Below, piece by piece: positions 26,940 through 42,595 of a stretch of DNA of 64,000 nt. The position numbers were made by a program, and so were the translations under genes. Position 1 is the first letter of the stretch. Each line of letters starts with the position of its first letter. Origin of the DNA: Eledone cirrhosa (taxonomy: Eukaryota); contig OZ024745.1 of the NCBI GenBank assembly GCA_964016885.1, positions 61,380,001 to 61,444,000 on the forward strand, in the 5' to 3' direction. Below the pieces are notes generated by a model. The model did not search any database, was not told the origin of the DNA, and was given only the letters and a program-made list of their open reading frames with translations.

Positions 26940-28004
26940 ATGCCCCCCCCCAAGGAAAGTGATAAAGAGAAGGTAGCAGCACAACGCTGTAAGCCTTCCC
27001 TCCTCACCCCCGCAAAAGACACCACGGAATCAAAAGAAAAAATTGTGGAAATGGGTGAAAACCCCAAAAGTAATAATTACACAAACAAGAACAACAATGA
27101 CAATAACAACACAACCAACAACAGCAACAATGACAATAACAACACAACCAACAACACCAACAAAGGAAAAAAGCAAGCCAACACGAATAACAACAACAAT
27201 GATAACAACACGAAAGAAAACGGACCCACAGCAGCAGTCGCCTTCGCACAGGCGGTTCGAGAAACGCAGACATACAAGGCACTGGACATCTCGAATGTCA
27301 AGAAATTGCTGAAAGAAGCAAGGAATTGTGTAAGTTTCGGGGAAGGTGGGGAATTCACAATTACCTCCCACGAAGAAATTAGAAAGGACACAGTCCTCAG
27401 AACCGTAATTTTTAGGACAGTTTCGGACACGACTAGGAAACCGGCTCAATTGTCCCAAAGCGAAATTGAGCTGGTCCTAAGTAGTGCCTGGAAGGATATC
27501 GCAGTCATACAGAAAGGGAAACTGTATGGAAGCATATCTGTTTTAATGCAAGATGAATTGGCGGCACGGAATTATTCTGTGTCGCCAATTGTATCCAAAG
27601 CATACACCTTTTCCCCCACATATTTGGGGAAAAGAACTCAAAAGATAAGAATCTCAGGCATCAGGCCAAATGTGAGCATTTGGTGGGTGCTAACGGGATA
27701 CGGGGGCGTATTCGGCGGCAATAACCTTGAAGTTCTGGTCCAAATGAGACCAGAACAGAGAGCAACAATACCGCAGCGTGTGCCCCTGGGTGGAGTCGCC
27801 TTCATAAACATTTCTGTTGAGGGCAGGCGGCCTTCATGCTACCACTATTCAAGAAGTGGTCACCTGAGGGCTTTCTGTCCCCTTTTAAATGCCCCCCCCC
27901 TCCCCCCAAAAAGACGCTTCTGCCCATCCCACACACAACACCACAACCACCACCACCACCACCACCACCACCACCACAACAACCACAACAACACGAACAA
28001 ATAA
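26940..28004 (+). pseudogene. Tx1-clade ORF1 (gag-like) of a 3'-truncated element starting ~26712
   Basis: ISVEGRRPSCYHYSRSGHLRAFC, a degenerate CCHC; homologous to 51511-53073. Confidence 0.8.
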
Positions 28005-28477
28005 CAAAACAAGACACTGTCCCACACAACCCCCCCCCCCCCCCCACCTAAAACAAATACAAAAGCAACCACAATAAAACCCCAAAATATACCCCTCCCC
28101 TACAACACGGACGAGGACCCCTTATCAACGTCACCCAGTGACGACGAGGGAGAACCCTTTCAACCGGTTAAAAGAAAGAAAAGAAGGCACCACATCAACA
28201 AAAATACAACAAACAACAGCCACCAGCACAAACAGAACAAACATCACAAACAAAAAAACTAAATTAGCAGTCAGGGGATGAGGTATCGAATGACCTTTAA
28301 GAAAAGAAAAGAAAGTTGCAAGTGTAAAGGAATTTAGACAGATTGTATAGAAAAGTGTGGACGGTCAAGGAAGATTAAAGTTGGAGGAAAAGGGGTGCAG
28401 ATATCTGTGTTATATCTAGTAGAATAGTGGAATAGAAAAGACGGTGGATTGGCAGTACCGGTAGAGAGTCGGACACC

Positions 28478-29587
28478 ATGCTTCCGGCGGTCATGGTTTT
28501 CATTGACTTTAGGAAGGCCTTTGATTCTGTGGACCGTCACTGCCTGATGAAGATCTTACAGGCTTATAGAATCCCCAAGAAGATAGTGGACCTGATATCA
28601 CTGCTCTACACCAACACCAAAGCCCAAGTCATTACACCTGATGGGATGACAGAGTTCTTTGCGATACTGGCTGGAGTGCTCCAGGGAGATACATTGGCTC
28701 CCTGCCTTTTTATCATCGTAGTGGAATATTGTATGCGCTTTGCACTGGAGAAACACCAGGACTCTGGCTTTACTGTAGCACCGGCTCAGAGCAGGAGAGT
28801 TAAGGCGAAAAAGATATCGGATGCTGAATTTGCCGACGACATAGTTTTGGTGACAAATACAGTGACGGAGGCGGAGGTTTTGATGCAGGAGGTTAAGACT
28901 GTGTCGATGAGTGTGGGGCTGAGAATGAATGAGACTAAAACAAAATATCTGGTAGAGAATGTTGAGAAGCCAGAGGGGATCACTAATGTAGGCGGCAAGC
29001 CGCTAGAATTGGTTGAGGACTTCCTGTATTTGGGAGCAAAGATTGGGAATACGGAAGATGATGTGGTTGAGAGGAAGGGCAAAGCCTTGGCGGCGTGCCA
29101 CAGCTTGAGATCGGTGTGGAAGTCGGACCTTCGTATAGACCCGAAAGTCCGCCTCTTCATTGCTGTAGTGGAGTCTGTGCTGCTGTACGGGTCTGAGACT
29201 TGGACACTGACCAATAAACTCACTCAGATGGTGGATGGGTACTACACGAGAATGCTGAGGATGGCTCTGAACATTAATCAGTATACACTGAGGATGAAAA
29301 ACTCAGAGCTGTATGGGAGCCTCCCAAAAGTCAGCTCAAAAGTGACACAGAGGAGACTGAGGTTAGCTGGACATGCTCACCGACATCCAGAGTTGACATT
29401 GCACTCAGTACTCCTGTGGGAGCCCCTACATGGACACACTAGAAGAGGAAGACCAAGGTTAACGTATGTTGATGCCCTAAGGACAGACACTGGTCTGTTG
29501 GAGACGCAGGACATGGCAGCGATAATGAGGGACAGAGTCCGCTGGAGAGAACTCGTCCATGGATCTCGGGAATTTTACCCGCCCTAG
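28478..29587 (+). mobile_element. RTE/RTEX-like LINE, 5'-truncated, open RT domain
   Basis: [48 protein letters not shown]. Confidence 0.92.
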
Positions 29588-29622
29588 AAAAAAAAAATAT
29601 ATATATATATATTTTTTTTTTT

Positions 29623-30071
29623 TGTGGAACCAACCAACCGGAAATTTATAAAAACATTTTTTTAATTTTTTTTTTATTTTTAAATTTATAATAAATTGGA
29701 GTGAAAGCAACTGGTGCGTGTGTTTCTTATTGGCAACATGACCCTCCCAAAGCATAACAATATCGGTTTCAACACACGTTTTCAGATAAAGAATCTTGCT
29801 AAACAAATTCAGAAACGATATATATATATATATATATATTGTTATACTTTGGGAGGGTCATGTTGCCAATAAGAAACACGCATCAGTTGCTTTCACTCCA
29901 ATTTATTATAAATTTAAAAATTAAAAAAAAATTAAAATTTTTTTTTATAAATTTCCGGTTGGTTGGTTCCACAACCAGACGGTTGTTTATATATATTCCC
30001 AAAGAATAACAATATCGGTTTCAAAACACGTTTTCAGATAAATAATCTTGCTAAACAAATTAAGAAACGAA
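29623..30071. mobile_element. Forward/inverted/forward 3'-end copies of the 24620-25360 PLE around (TA)n
   Basis: 29623-29818(+), 29838-29997(-) and 29998-30071(+) match parts of 25143-25360. Confidence 0.9.
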
Positions 30072-30096
30072 ATATATATATATATATATATATATA

Positions 30097-31480
30097 CACA
30101 GTTCAAGAGTAACCAATCTTAAAGAGAGAGATGGAGATAGGAGAGGAGAGATTGGTGAATTAGTTAGAAGCCAAAGCGTAAAGGCATGTGCTCAATGTGC
30201 AATAGAAAGCAGCTAGGTGGGTTGGTTCATGCAGAAGTTAGGCGCGCAGAGCTGGAAATATTCATTAGTTAAGCAAAACAAGACCACAAATTTCACAAGG
30301 AAGACATTATTAAAAGATTGTCAACATATTTTAGTTTGATGTAAGGAATGTAGAGAATAATAATAATATTAATAATAATAATTGTTTCTACTTTAGGCAC
30401 AAGGCCAGCAATTACCCAGTACATTACTGGTACTTTATTTTATCGACCCCGCAAGGATGAAAGGCAAAGTTAACCTCGGCGGGATTTGAACTCAGACTGT
30501 AAAGGGACGTAACTATCCTAGAAAGCATGGCGTCCAACCCTCTACCGATACTGCCAATATTACTAATATGCCAATATTACTAATAATAATGTCCGTTTAC
30601 AATTGTTTCGCTACTCCATATAATATTTCTGGATCAGATGACTATATATCATTATTGATCTGGTTGAGTTGAAAATAATTAACATATTTAAAAACAGAGC
30701 GGCTCATCGGAACTTCAAAGGAATATAAATTAAAATAAGGAGAGAATGTTACATAATGTAATGTTCCATATATTGGTATTTCACTATGGTGTCCTGGTTG
30801 TGTCAATTGTCAGCCATAATCAAGCAGTATTCATCTGTCGAGGCTGCATTGTGTGAGATCTGCCTATGGGTAACAAGATGGCCGCCAAAGGACATATTTA
30901 GCTTACTAATTAGAGGGTGGTTTCAGGGGAAGTAACTCCCCGAGAGATTAGAAATTGTGGGTAGTTTATAGTTAAGTGCTAATTAAAAAATGTTTTAATT
31001 GAGAGACAATGTAGGGGAGGTAACTTATAATTATCTAAGTTAGTTATAGCTATTTAACTTATTAGCTACAAGTAAAAATGGGGCTAGACGACTATGTTGG
31101 GTCAAATATTCTATTGGCGAAGGAATTAGCCCTTCAATATTGACAGCTAATAGTTACCTCCGTTCTATCGTTAATCGGTAGAGGTCGTGATAGAGTTATG
31201 TAATATGCTTCGGTAATACAGAGATCACAAGATTTTCTTCGTCCATTGAACGGTTGGGCCCTAGCTACGATATCCCATTTTAGTGAGTGTTCAATGTTGC
31301 TTAATTTAAGGTTTTTAATGAGCCTATCTAGAGATGTCGACAATTGTAAACGGAAATTATTATTATTAATATTATTATTATTATTCTCTACATTCCTTAC
31401 ATCAAACTAAAATATGTTGACAATCTTTTAATAATGTCTTCCTTGTGAAATTGGTGGTTTTGTTTTGCTTAACTAATGAG
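30097..31480 (-). mobile_element. Penelope-like element fragment with inverted terminal copy and long-stem-II HHR
   Basis: ORF 31134-31343 LKWDIVARAQPF..CDLCITE..INDRTEVTISC resembles a PLE endonuclease C-terminus; 31340-31480 is an inverted copy of ~30262-30606 lacking the SINE; HHR-like 30596-30713(-) with CCGATGA core. Confidence 0.75.
30380..30560 (-). mobile_element. SINE (18565 family) nested in the PLE
   Basis: Reverse complement of 18565-18765; absent from the inverted arm. Confidence 0.88.
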
Positions 31481-31494
31481 TATATATATATATA

Positions 31495-31743
31495 TCAGAA
31501 TGGATGCAGTAAAAACCAATTAAACTATTACTCACCAGAGTACTCGATACTTGGGTTAGTAGATTGGGTAATATGAAGGATTCGGGACCCCGACGACTGA
31601 GCTTCTGCCGTTTCAACAGCTAGACCCGAACTGAATCGCCGGTGTTCTGGCGGCGAAAATAGCAGGCGTCAATGGGGATTCGGGGACAAAGACCAAGCTG
31701 TTGAAACGGCAGGAGCTAAGCCGTCGGGGTCCAGAATCCTTCA
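31495..31743 (-). mobile_element. Fold-back insert with HHR 3' half and branched stem II
   Basis: IR arms 31574-31621 / 31696-31743; related to 23165-23368 and 62567-62690. Confidence 0.8.
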
Positions 31744-31751
31744 CACACACC

Positions 31752-31799
<48 letters not shown>

Positions 31800-31839
31800 C
31801 GCACGCACGCACGCACACACGCACGCGCACGCACACACG

Positions 31840-31994
<155 letters not shown>

Positions 31995-32785
31995 TTTTAA
32001 ATATAGATTTAGCGAGAATCGCATTTCGGCGGGTAGAAAAGGCGAAACGAAACGCAAAAATCAGAAATAATGCAGGCAAGCGCTCCATAGTTAAAACACC
32101 AGAGCTAATCAATATGTTAAAACGCCATACAAAACTGAAATAGTGGTCAAGAAAGCATCAACCACCTAAGCCAAAAACCAAATCAAGCTAAGCAGGTCAA
32201 AACAAAATAAATGATAAAAAACACAGACCTGGACCCATTGGAATTGATGTTAAAATCCAAATGCAGGGTTTCTATGACACCTAAATCAAAATACTGTCTG
32301 CTTAAAATTATAAGCTTTAGGTATAATGATCGAACAAGGAATATCACGTTATCAACAGGTATTTTGCTCTGTACCAAATTTTTGTGAATGACACAGAGCC
32401 GCGTAAAAGCACATGTGGAATTCACAAGGGGAAAACCTCCAGATTTTGGCAAATGAATATATATGAATATATATATATATATTATTTTTAAAATTTGGAG
32501 GTGAATAACAGTTATTATCGAGTGGCTGCTATTTGCAGTATAGCGATATGGTTGCACTTACCAATGAAACGGTCGTAAATACCTGGATAAAATCCCTTTT
32601 TTTAATGCTTACCTGTGCTTTTTCTTTTATTCTTTATATTACAAATTGAACGTGATTTACTAACCACATTCTTACAAACTTGTGGAGTTAGCCTAACCGT
32701 AGGTTAAAAACCGTGCAAGAAACTGGATTTAACCACGATGGATCTTAACCACGAACTGGATTACGGTAAGCAATTTTCTGCTTCC

Positions 32786-32819
<34 letters not shown>

Positions 32820-32829
<10 letters not shown>

Positions 32830-33120
32830 AGATCAAAAGATGGTTAAAAGAGTTCCATTAAATATCATCATGCAATAACATTTGCGTTTTCGTCAGATAA
32901 AATAGGGAGACATGATATGAAGTTAAAACACACAGACGAAAACGCAAATGTTATTGCATGATGATATTTGTTTTTGAAATGCGCATAATAAAATACATGG
33001 AACTCTTTTAACCATCTTTTGATCTTATATATTATTTATACTCCAGTCCTACAAATTGTAGAGTGCTTCTTCTCCGATATCTGCATTGCTTTATTGTACT
33101 ACAATAAAACTAAATAAAAA
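32820..33120 (+). mobile_element. TA-flanked fold-back insert with HHR split between the arms
   Basis: Left arm (-) carries TATTTTAT-CTGACGA; right arm carries stem II-GAAA-TGCGCA-TA-ATAAAATA. Confidence 0.8.
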
Positions 33121-33159
33121 ATATATATACATATATTCGCAGTTCTTCTGCTTTATATA

Positions 33160-33235
<76 letters not shown>

Positions 33236-33240
<5 letters not shown>

Positions 33241-33410
33241 AGAAAAAGAGATGAAATCGAAAATGCAACTGGAGTCTTATTTTTTTAAAAATATATATAT
33301 TTAAAAAAAAATAAGACTCCAGTTGCATTTTCGATTTCATCTCTTTTTCTTTATACTTTCACTCGTGTAGGACACCTCGGTTATTTTTCATTTTGTAAAA
33401 AAAACCTCAC

Positions 33411-33420
<10 letters not shown>
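33236..33420 (+). repeat. TA-flanked fold-back insert (~55 bp arms plus unique 3' tail)
   Basis: 33236-33290 is the reverse complement of 33300-33354. Confidence 0.85.
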
Positions 33421-33448
<28 letters not shown>

Positions 33449-33453
<5 letters not shown>

Positions 33454-34570
33454 ATATTTAGAAACACACAGATACATGCGGACACACACATATACATGAA
33501 TACATCCGCACCCAACCGTGAGTTAAGGGTGCCAACTTCACCGATGCTGCTCAATGAATGACTGGGACAGACCAATCCGGTTGAACCAGACTGAACCAGT
33601 ATCAGAGTTAAAAATACATTATGAAGAGAGAAGAAACATTTAGATATAATTAGTAATAAAATGTATCATACCTAAACTGCTCCTAGATTCCTCGACTACG
33701 TAGTTTCGTGGCATAAACAAAAACAATACATCATAAAAATATAGAGTCCTTGCGAGGTCTGCCAACTTATCAAGAGGATACCTCATTTTACTAGTCTCAA
33801 GAACGCGTCTACACGACGTGAGAAAGAATCCCAAAAGGCGGAGGGGGAGATAGTCACGCGATATAACGGTCGAGAAACAGAGCTAAGCCTCTTATAACCC
33901 CGAAGAAAATACCACGGAGGCGGAGGGGGTATTTATATCGAAGCCGTAGAAGAGGTGGTGAAGGAGGCGAGAAGTATGGGTAATGGAAGCTTTCCAGCAG
34001 TCCCCACACCTCAAAGATTGCTCAACCAGAGGGAGTTATTAACAATATATTTAGAAACACACAGATACATGCGGACACACACATATACATGAATGCATCC
34101 GCACCCAACCGTGAGTTAAGGGTGCCAACTTCACCGATGTTGCTCAATGAATGACTGGGACAGACCAATCCGGTTGAACCAGACTGAACCAGTATCAAAG
34201 TTAAAAATACATTATGTATCTGTGTGTTAAAAATACATTATGTATCTGTGTGTTTCTAAATACCGCCTCCGTGGTATTTTCTTCGGGGTTATAAGAGGCT
34301 TAGCTCTGTTTCTCGACCGTTATATCGCGTGACTATCTCCCCCTCCGCTTTTTGGGATTCTTTCTCACGTCGTGTAGACGCGTTCTTGAGACTAGTAAAA
34401 TGAGGTATCCTCTTGATAAGTCGGCAGACCTCGCAAGGACTCTATATCTTTATGATGTATTGTTTTTGTTTATGCCACGAAACTACGTAGTCGAGGAATC
34501 TAGGAGCAGTTTAGGTATGATACATTTTATTACTAATTATATCTAAATGTTTCTTCTCTCTTCATAATGT
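33449..34570 (-). mobile_element. 593 bp monomer in ~1.3 tandem copies plus ~310 bp inverted copy; non-coding, HHR-bearing
   Basis: 33449-33622 repeats at 34042-34215; 34263-34570 is the reverse complement of 33616-33923; TA flanks. Confidence 0.88.
34403..34501 (+). ncRNA. Hammerhead ribozyme with U3-A8 core variant (second copy 33685-33783, minus)
   Basis: TCCTC-TTGATAA-GTCGGCA...TGCCAC-GAAA-CTACGTAG-TC-GAGGA. Confidence 0.78.
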
Positions 34571-34600
34571 ATATATATATATATATATATATTTCATTTT

Positions 34601-34672
34601 CACCTGACGAGATCAGTGATAATCGATCATGGCTACACGATCGATCTATCTCTTATCGAAACATGTGTCGAT
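34601..34672 (+). ncRNA. Hammerhead ribozyme, long stem II, degenerate stem I; in insert 34592-34820
   Basis: CTGACGA-GAT..GATA ATCGATC..GATCGAT cTATC..ATC-GAAA-CATGTG-TC. Confidence 0.65.
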
Positions 34673-34816
34673 CTTTATTTTGTTACAAATACTCCGTTTC
34701 GTTTTACATCATCTAGCTGTTCCCATAAATGGAATTGGAGTTATACAAAAGCGTGGAGAACTTAATACTGCTAACAAAAATTTATTGGACCGTTTGCCAC
34801 AACCAATAATACACCT

Positions 34817-34904
<88 letters not shown>

Positions 34905-34910
<6 letters not shown>

Positions 34911-35715
34911 ATACTTGGGGAGGGTCATATTTGTGTAATATTGCCAGAATTAATAACAGAACACATTCACTGTTTGGTTGGTTTTCGCTTTTCGCTTCTA
35001 TGTCTTTTATATCGGTAATCTAATATACTCGGTCCTCAATGTTGCCATTGACTGACCGACGGTCAAAAATAATACGGATACAATATAGACACAAACACAT
35101 ATATATAGTTTGTCATAAATCTTTCGTTGCACATCTGCAACATCGTCAGTGGTGCTATTGTTTCTTCCTGTTGAATTGTATGGCTACGCCACTTTTATTC
35201 AGTCTGTCTATATATTTATTTATTTATTTGCTTGTTTGTTTATTTTATTTTGTCTTCTTTGCGCATGCGTTTGCGTGTGTGTATAGTGTTTTGTTTGATG
35301 TGTGATGTGTGTTCGTGATTGGGTGACTAATGTGTGTTTATGTGTTTGTTGTTATTGTGCTTGTGTATGTATTTATTTATTTATTTTATTTTATTTTATT
35401 TACTTATTTATACTTCTCTTAGGTCATTGTTGTTTGTTTGGGTGTTGTTGTTATTCCATTCATTCTTTCTGTTTAGTCTTGGTCTTCTAAATTCTATTTC
35501 ACTGGCCTCTCTGATTTGCCCAGCTGCTGGGTCATTTCTATGTTTAGATATTATTCTAATTTCTATGTTGTCTATGTTACCGTCATGTTGTTGTCTGGCA
35601 TGTTCGTATAGTACTGACCCGTTTTTTCGTCCTTTTAGTTCCCCCCAGTGTTGGTCTATCCTTTCACCTATGCTACGAGCTGTCTCACCTATGTATGTTG
35701 TTGTCATGTTTCTGC
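34905..35715 (-). mobile_element. Penelope-like element 3' fragment (GIY-YIG ORF 35408-35707, 3'UTR, HHR 35112-35153)
   Basis: YIGETARSIGERIDQH..SVLYEH..IREASEI..LNRKNEW; CTGACGA-T-GTTGCA gatg TGCAAC-GAAA-GATT-TA-TGAC; shares gaccctcccaa(a)gtataacaata with ~25281-25303. Confidence 0.88.
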
Positions 35716-35724
35716 TATATATAT

Positions 35725-36170
35725 AATTGAAAAAGTGGAGAATAACATGGTCAACAATACAAAAAAAGGAGATTTATTTACAGTCTAACAATTGTTTCAC
35801 TGATAGAGTTGTCTAAAAATCCCTAAACACTGAAAGTAGTGCCACTCAATTTAAAATACATGTTATCTCCATCATATTCTCAGTCTCTGAGGATATGAAG
35901 GAGATAACTTGTATGAGTGGCACTACTTTCAGTGTTTAGCGATATTTAGACAACTCTATCAGTGAAACAATTTTTAGACTGTAAATAAATCTCCTTTTTT
36001 GTACTGTTGACCATGTTATTGTCCACTTTTTCAATTTTATTACTCCAAGATAAACTTACATAGGAATACAGTGAAATCATAAACTCGTCATCCACGTAAA
36101 CCTCTTGTTGAGTCATACAACACCGTACGCTAAAACTATTCACAACCTCTAACGATATTTTGTTATCCTC
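35725..36170 (+). mobile_element. Fold-back insert (arms ~35725-35883 / 35887-36037) with HHR at 35881-35981
   Basis: CAGTCT-CTGAGGA-...CTCTATCAGT-GAAA-CAATT(G/T)-TT-AGACTG. Confidence 0.8.
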
Positions 36171-39748
<3,578 letters not shown>

Positions 39749-39760
39749 TATAACTTTCCA

Positions 39761-39843
<83 letters not shown>

Positions 39844-39862
39844 GTATATATATATGTATATA

Positions 39863-39924
<62 letters not shown>

Positions 39925-40422
39925 TATATATATACATATATATACGCCCAATATGCATACACATTCAAAAACACACAGGTAGGTGTGTGTGAAGACTAAA
40001 ACCAGTTAGAGATAAAAATATAAAGGAAAGTATGAGACGATACCCGCATCCATATGCATATATGTAGTTATTTATTCATATGTATGTTTATTCTTGCATA
40101 TCTCACGTTATCACGCATGCGCAGAACCCTTTCAAACTAAAATACATATATAAACACACACACACATATATATATATAGACAGATATATATACATATATA
40201 TATTATACGCAATTTTAAATAATGCGATTCTGATTCAAACTGTTTATAACAAACAAACGTAATCTCTTTGAATTGTATTGAGTGGTCGTTTTTCTTTTTT
40301 GTGTACCAATCTTTCTATCTTTCTTCCTCTCTATCTCTCTCACCCCCCCTCTCTCTCTGTATATATATATATATACACACATATTTATATGCGTATGTGT
40401 GTGTGTGTGTGTATGTATGTAT

Positions 40423-40481
40423 GTTCTGGTTTTATCATTTTTACCAATAGGCAGTCGGTTTCTAACACCGATACACGACTG
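40423..40481 (-). mobile_element. 3'-terminal fragment of a Dong family A relative in (TATG)n
   Basis: Similar to 8165-8238. Confidence 0.7.
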
Positions 40482-40572
40482 ATGTATGTATGTACGCATG
40501 TATGTATGTATGTATGTATGTTTATTTTTTTTATTTTTTATTTTCCCTTCTTTTTCTTTTTTTTTTAATCTT

Positions 40573-41105
40573 TTGCTGTTGCACTTCCAGACGGCGAGGG
40601 TCCTCCTATGGTGCTGACATGCAGCGTATGTGCGAGACTCTGCCTAAGCAAAGCTGGACTCGAAAGTCATCTTCGCAGTCATAAAGTAAGACCAGTGGTT
40701 GACTACCAGGCTGCTGTTGGAGATGCTACTCATCATGCTTGCCAAACATGTGGTAGAGAATGTAAATCAGCAGGAGGGGTCAAGCGACATGCAAAAGTAC
40801 ACGAACTCCAACCACAGCCGGCTATTCCCAGTGAATGTTTTGGTTGCCGACTCTGTGCAAGACATTTTAGATCATTGGCTGGGCTAAAAAGCCACATTCG
40901 ATCGCAGCGCTGTTAGTTGGTATCGTGTGTGTGTGTGTGTGTATATATGCTTATGTGTGTGCGTGTGTGTGTATATATATATATGTATATGTATATTATT
41001 ATTGTTGTTGTCGTTATTATTATTGTTGTTATTATTATTATTATTGTTATTAATGTATGTGTGTGTGTGTAAATGTGTGTGTGAGTGTGTGTGTGTGTGT
41101 GTATA

Positions 41106-41162
<57 letters not shown>

Positions 41163-41190
41163 TTTATTTTTTTTATTTTTATTTTATTTT

Positions 41191-41224
<34 letters not shown>

Positions 41225-41274
41225 GTTTTTCTTCTCGTGCAATGGCCATACTCGATAACGAGGGGGCAGCCATC
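40573..41274 (+). mobile_element. RTE 3' fragment with C2H2 fingers, microsatellite 3'UTR and (ATGT)n tail
   Basis: ORF 40608-40916 near-identical to 46143-46451. Confidence 0.92.
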
Positions 41275-42114
41275 ATGTATGTATGTATGTATGTATGTAT
41301 GTATGTATGTATGTATGTATGTATGTATGTATGTATGTATGTATGTATGTATGAGGGAGCTTATAGATAGGACAACACATGCTGTCTTTTCGTGGGGGTA
41401 AGTTTTTAATTAATCTTTGCATTCTGAAACATCAAAATGCAACAATTTGTTGGTCACTGGACTCGGGAATGTCACGACAGAAGTTTGTGGAAGTTACACA
41501 AATATTTTAGTATATTTTAGCAGAGCAATCCTTATTTATATTTTACATTTTACATTTACTTACATCTCAATATAACATGGCTAAAATTCAAATTTTGCAA
41601 AGAGAAGAAAACGGTCAAATGAACTAGATACATCGCACTGTCCCCCCGCCGCCACAATAACGTCTACACTCTCTCCCCACCATCACATGTCATTACCCTA
41701 TCTAGACTAAAGTCATCGACCTGTTGTCAAACTCTCTACTCTCTGTTGAATGTGTATATATATATATATGTATGTATATGTGTGTATATACATCACTCAG
41801 TCAAACGACCAGATTTCAACCCCAACATCTACAACAACACCAGCACTAATGTTTACAGCAACAACAGCTTCAGAATGAACTGAAATGAACATTTACAACA
41901 ACAACAACAACAGCGGCATCAAAAGATAAAAAAAAGAAAAAGAAGGGAAAAAAAAAGCAAAAAACAAACAAACAAAAAAACCCCTCAAAATAACAAAACA
42001 CACACACACACGCACACAACACAACAACAACATCAACTGCCACCACCACCACTACCGCCGCCGCCATCACCATCACCAGCGACCGGGCCTTAAGAAAACA
42101 ACTTTACTAATAAT

Positions 42115-42260
42115 TTTTCTGCTTTTGGCACGGATCCAGCGACTGGTCCAGCGCATCACTGGTACTCTCTTTTGTTGACTCCGTGGGGATGAAAGGCAAG
42201 GTTGACCTCGGCGGGATTTGAGCTCAGAGCGTGGAGGGCTGTGACTCTATGCTGTAAAGC
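42115..42260 (-). mobile_element. SINE (18565 family)
   Basis: ggatgaaaggcaaggttgacctcggcgggatttgagctcag. Confidence 0.8.
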
Positions 42261-42362
42261 AATTATAATAATACTGGACTGTAGTACGATCGGTTTCAAC
42301 TATACAAACTCTTGAAAGTCAACAGTTGACATAATCTTGTAATCTTGTATCAGTAATGACGG

Positions 42363-42424
<62 letters not shown>

Positions 42425-42595
42425 AAGTGAGTAGAGTAGCGTGTATGTGTTTGTTTGTATGTATGTGTGTTGCTGTGTGCGCGCATATGTATGCGCGTGT
42501 GTGTATGTCGTACGTATAAGTGTCAATAAGTGATTTTTTTTTTTTTTTTTTGCGCAGGGACATAGAAATAATCGGGCTGGATGCCCGATCGCGCA

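Noticed and set aside
32000-32790. Possible decayed DNA transposon
   Set aside because: No TIR pair or recognisable protein motif could be supported by eye
33640-34546. Duplicated 64 aa ORF on opposite strands
   Set aside because: Result of the inverted duplication; it starts at TTG and overlaps the HHR, which explains the sequence better
40608-40916. Host C2H2 zinc-finger gene
   Set aside because: It is the C-terminus of the RTE LINE ORF (copy of 46143-46451)
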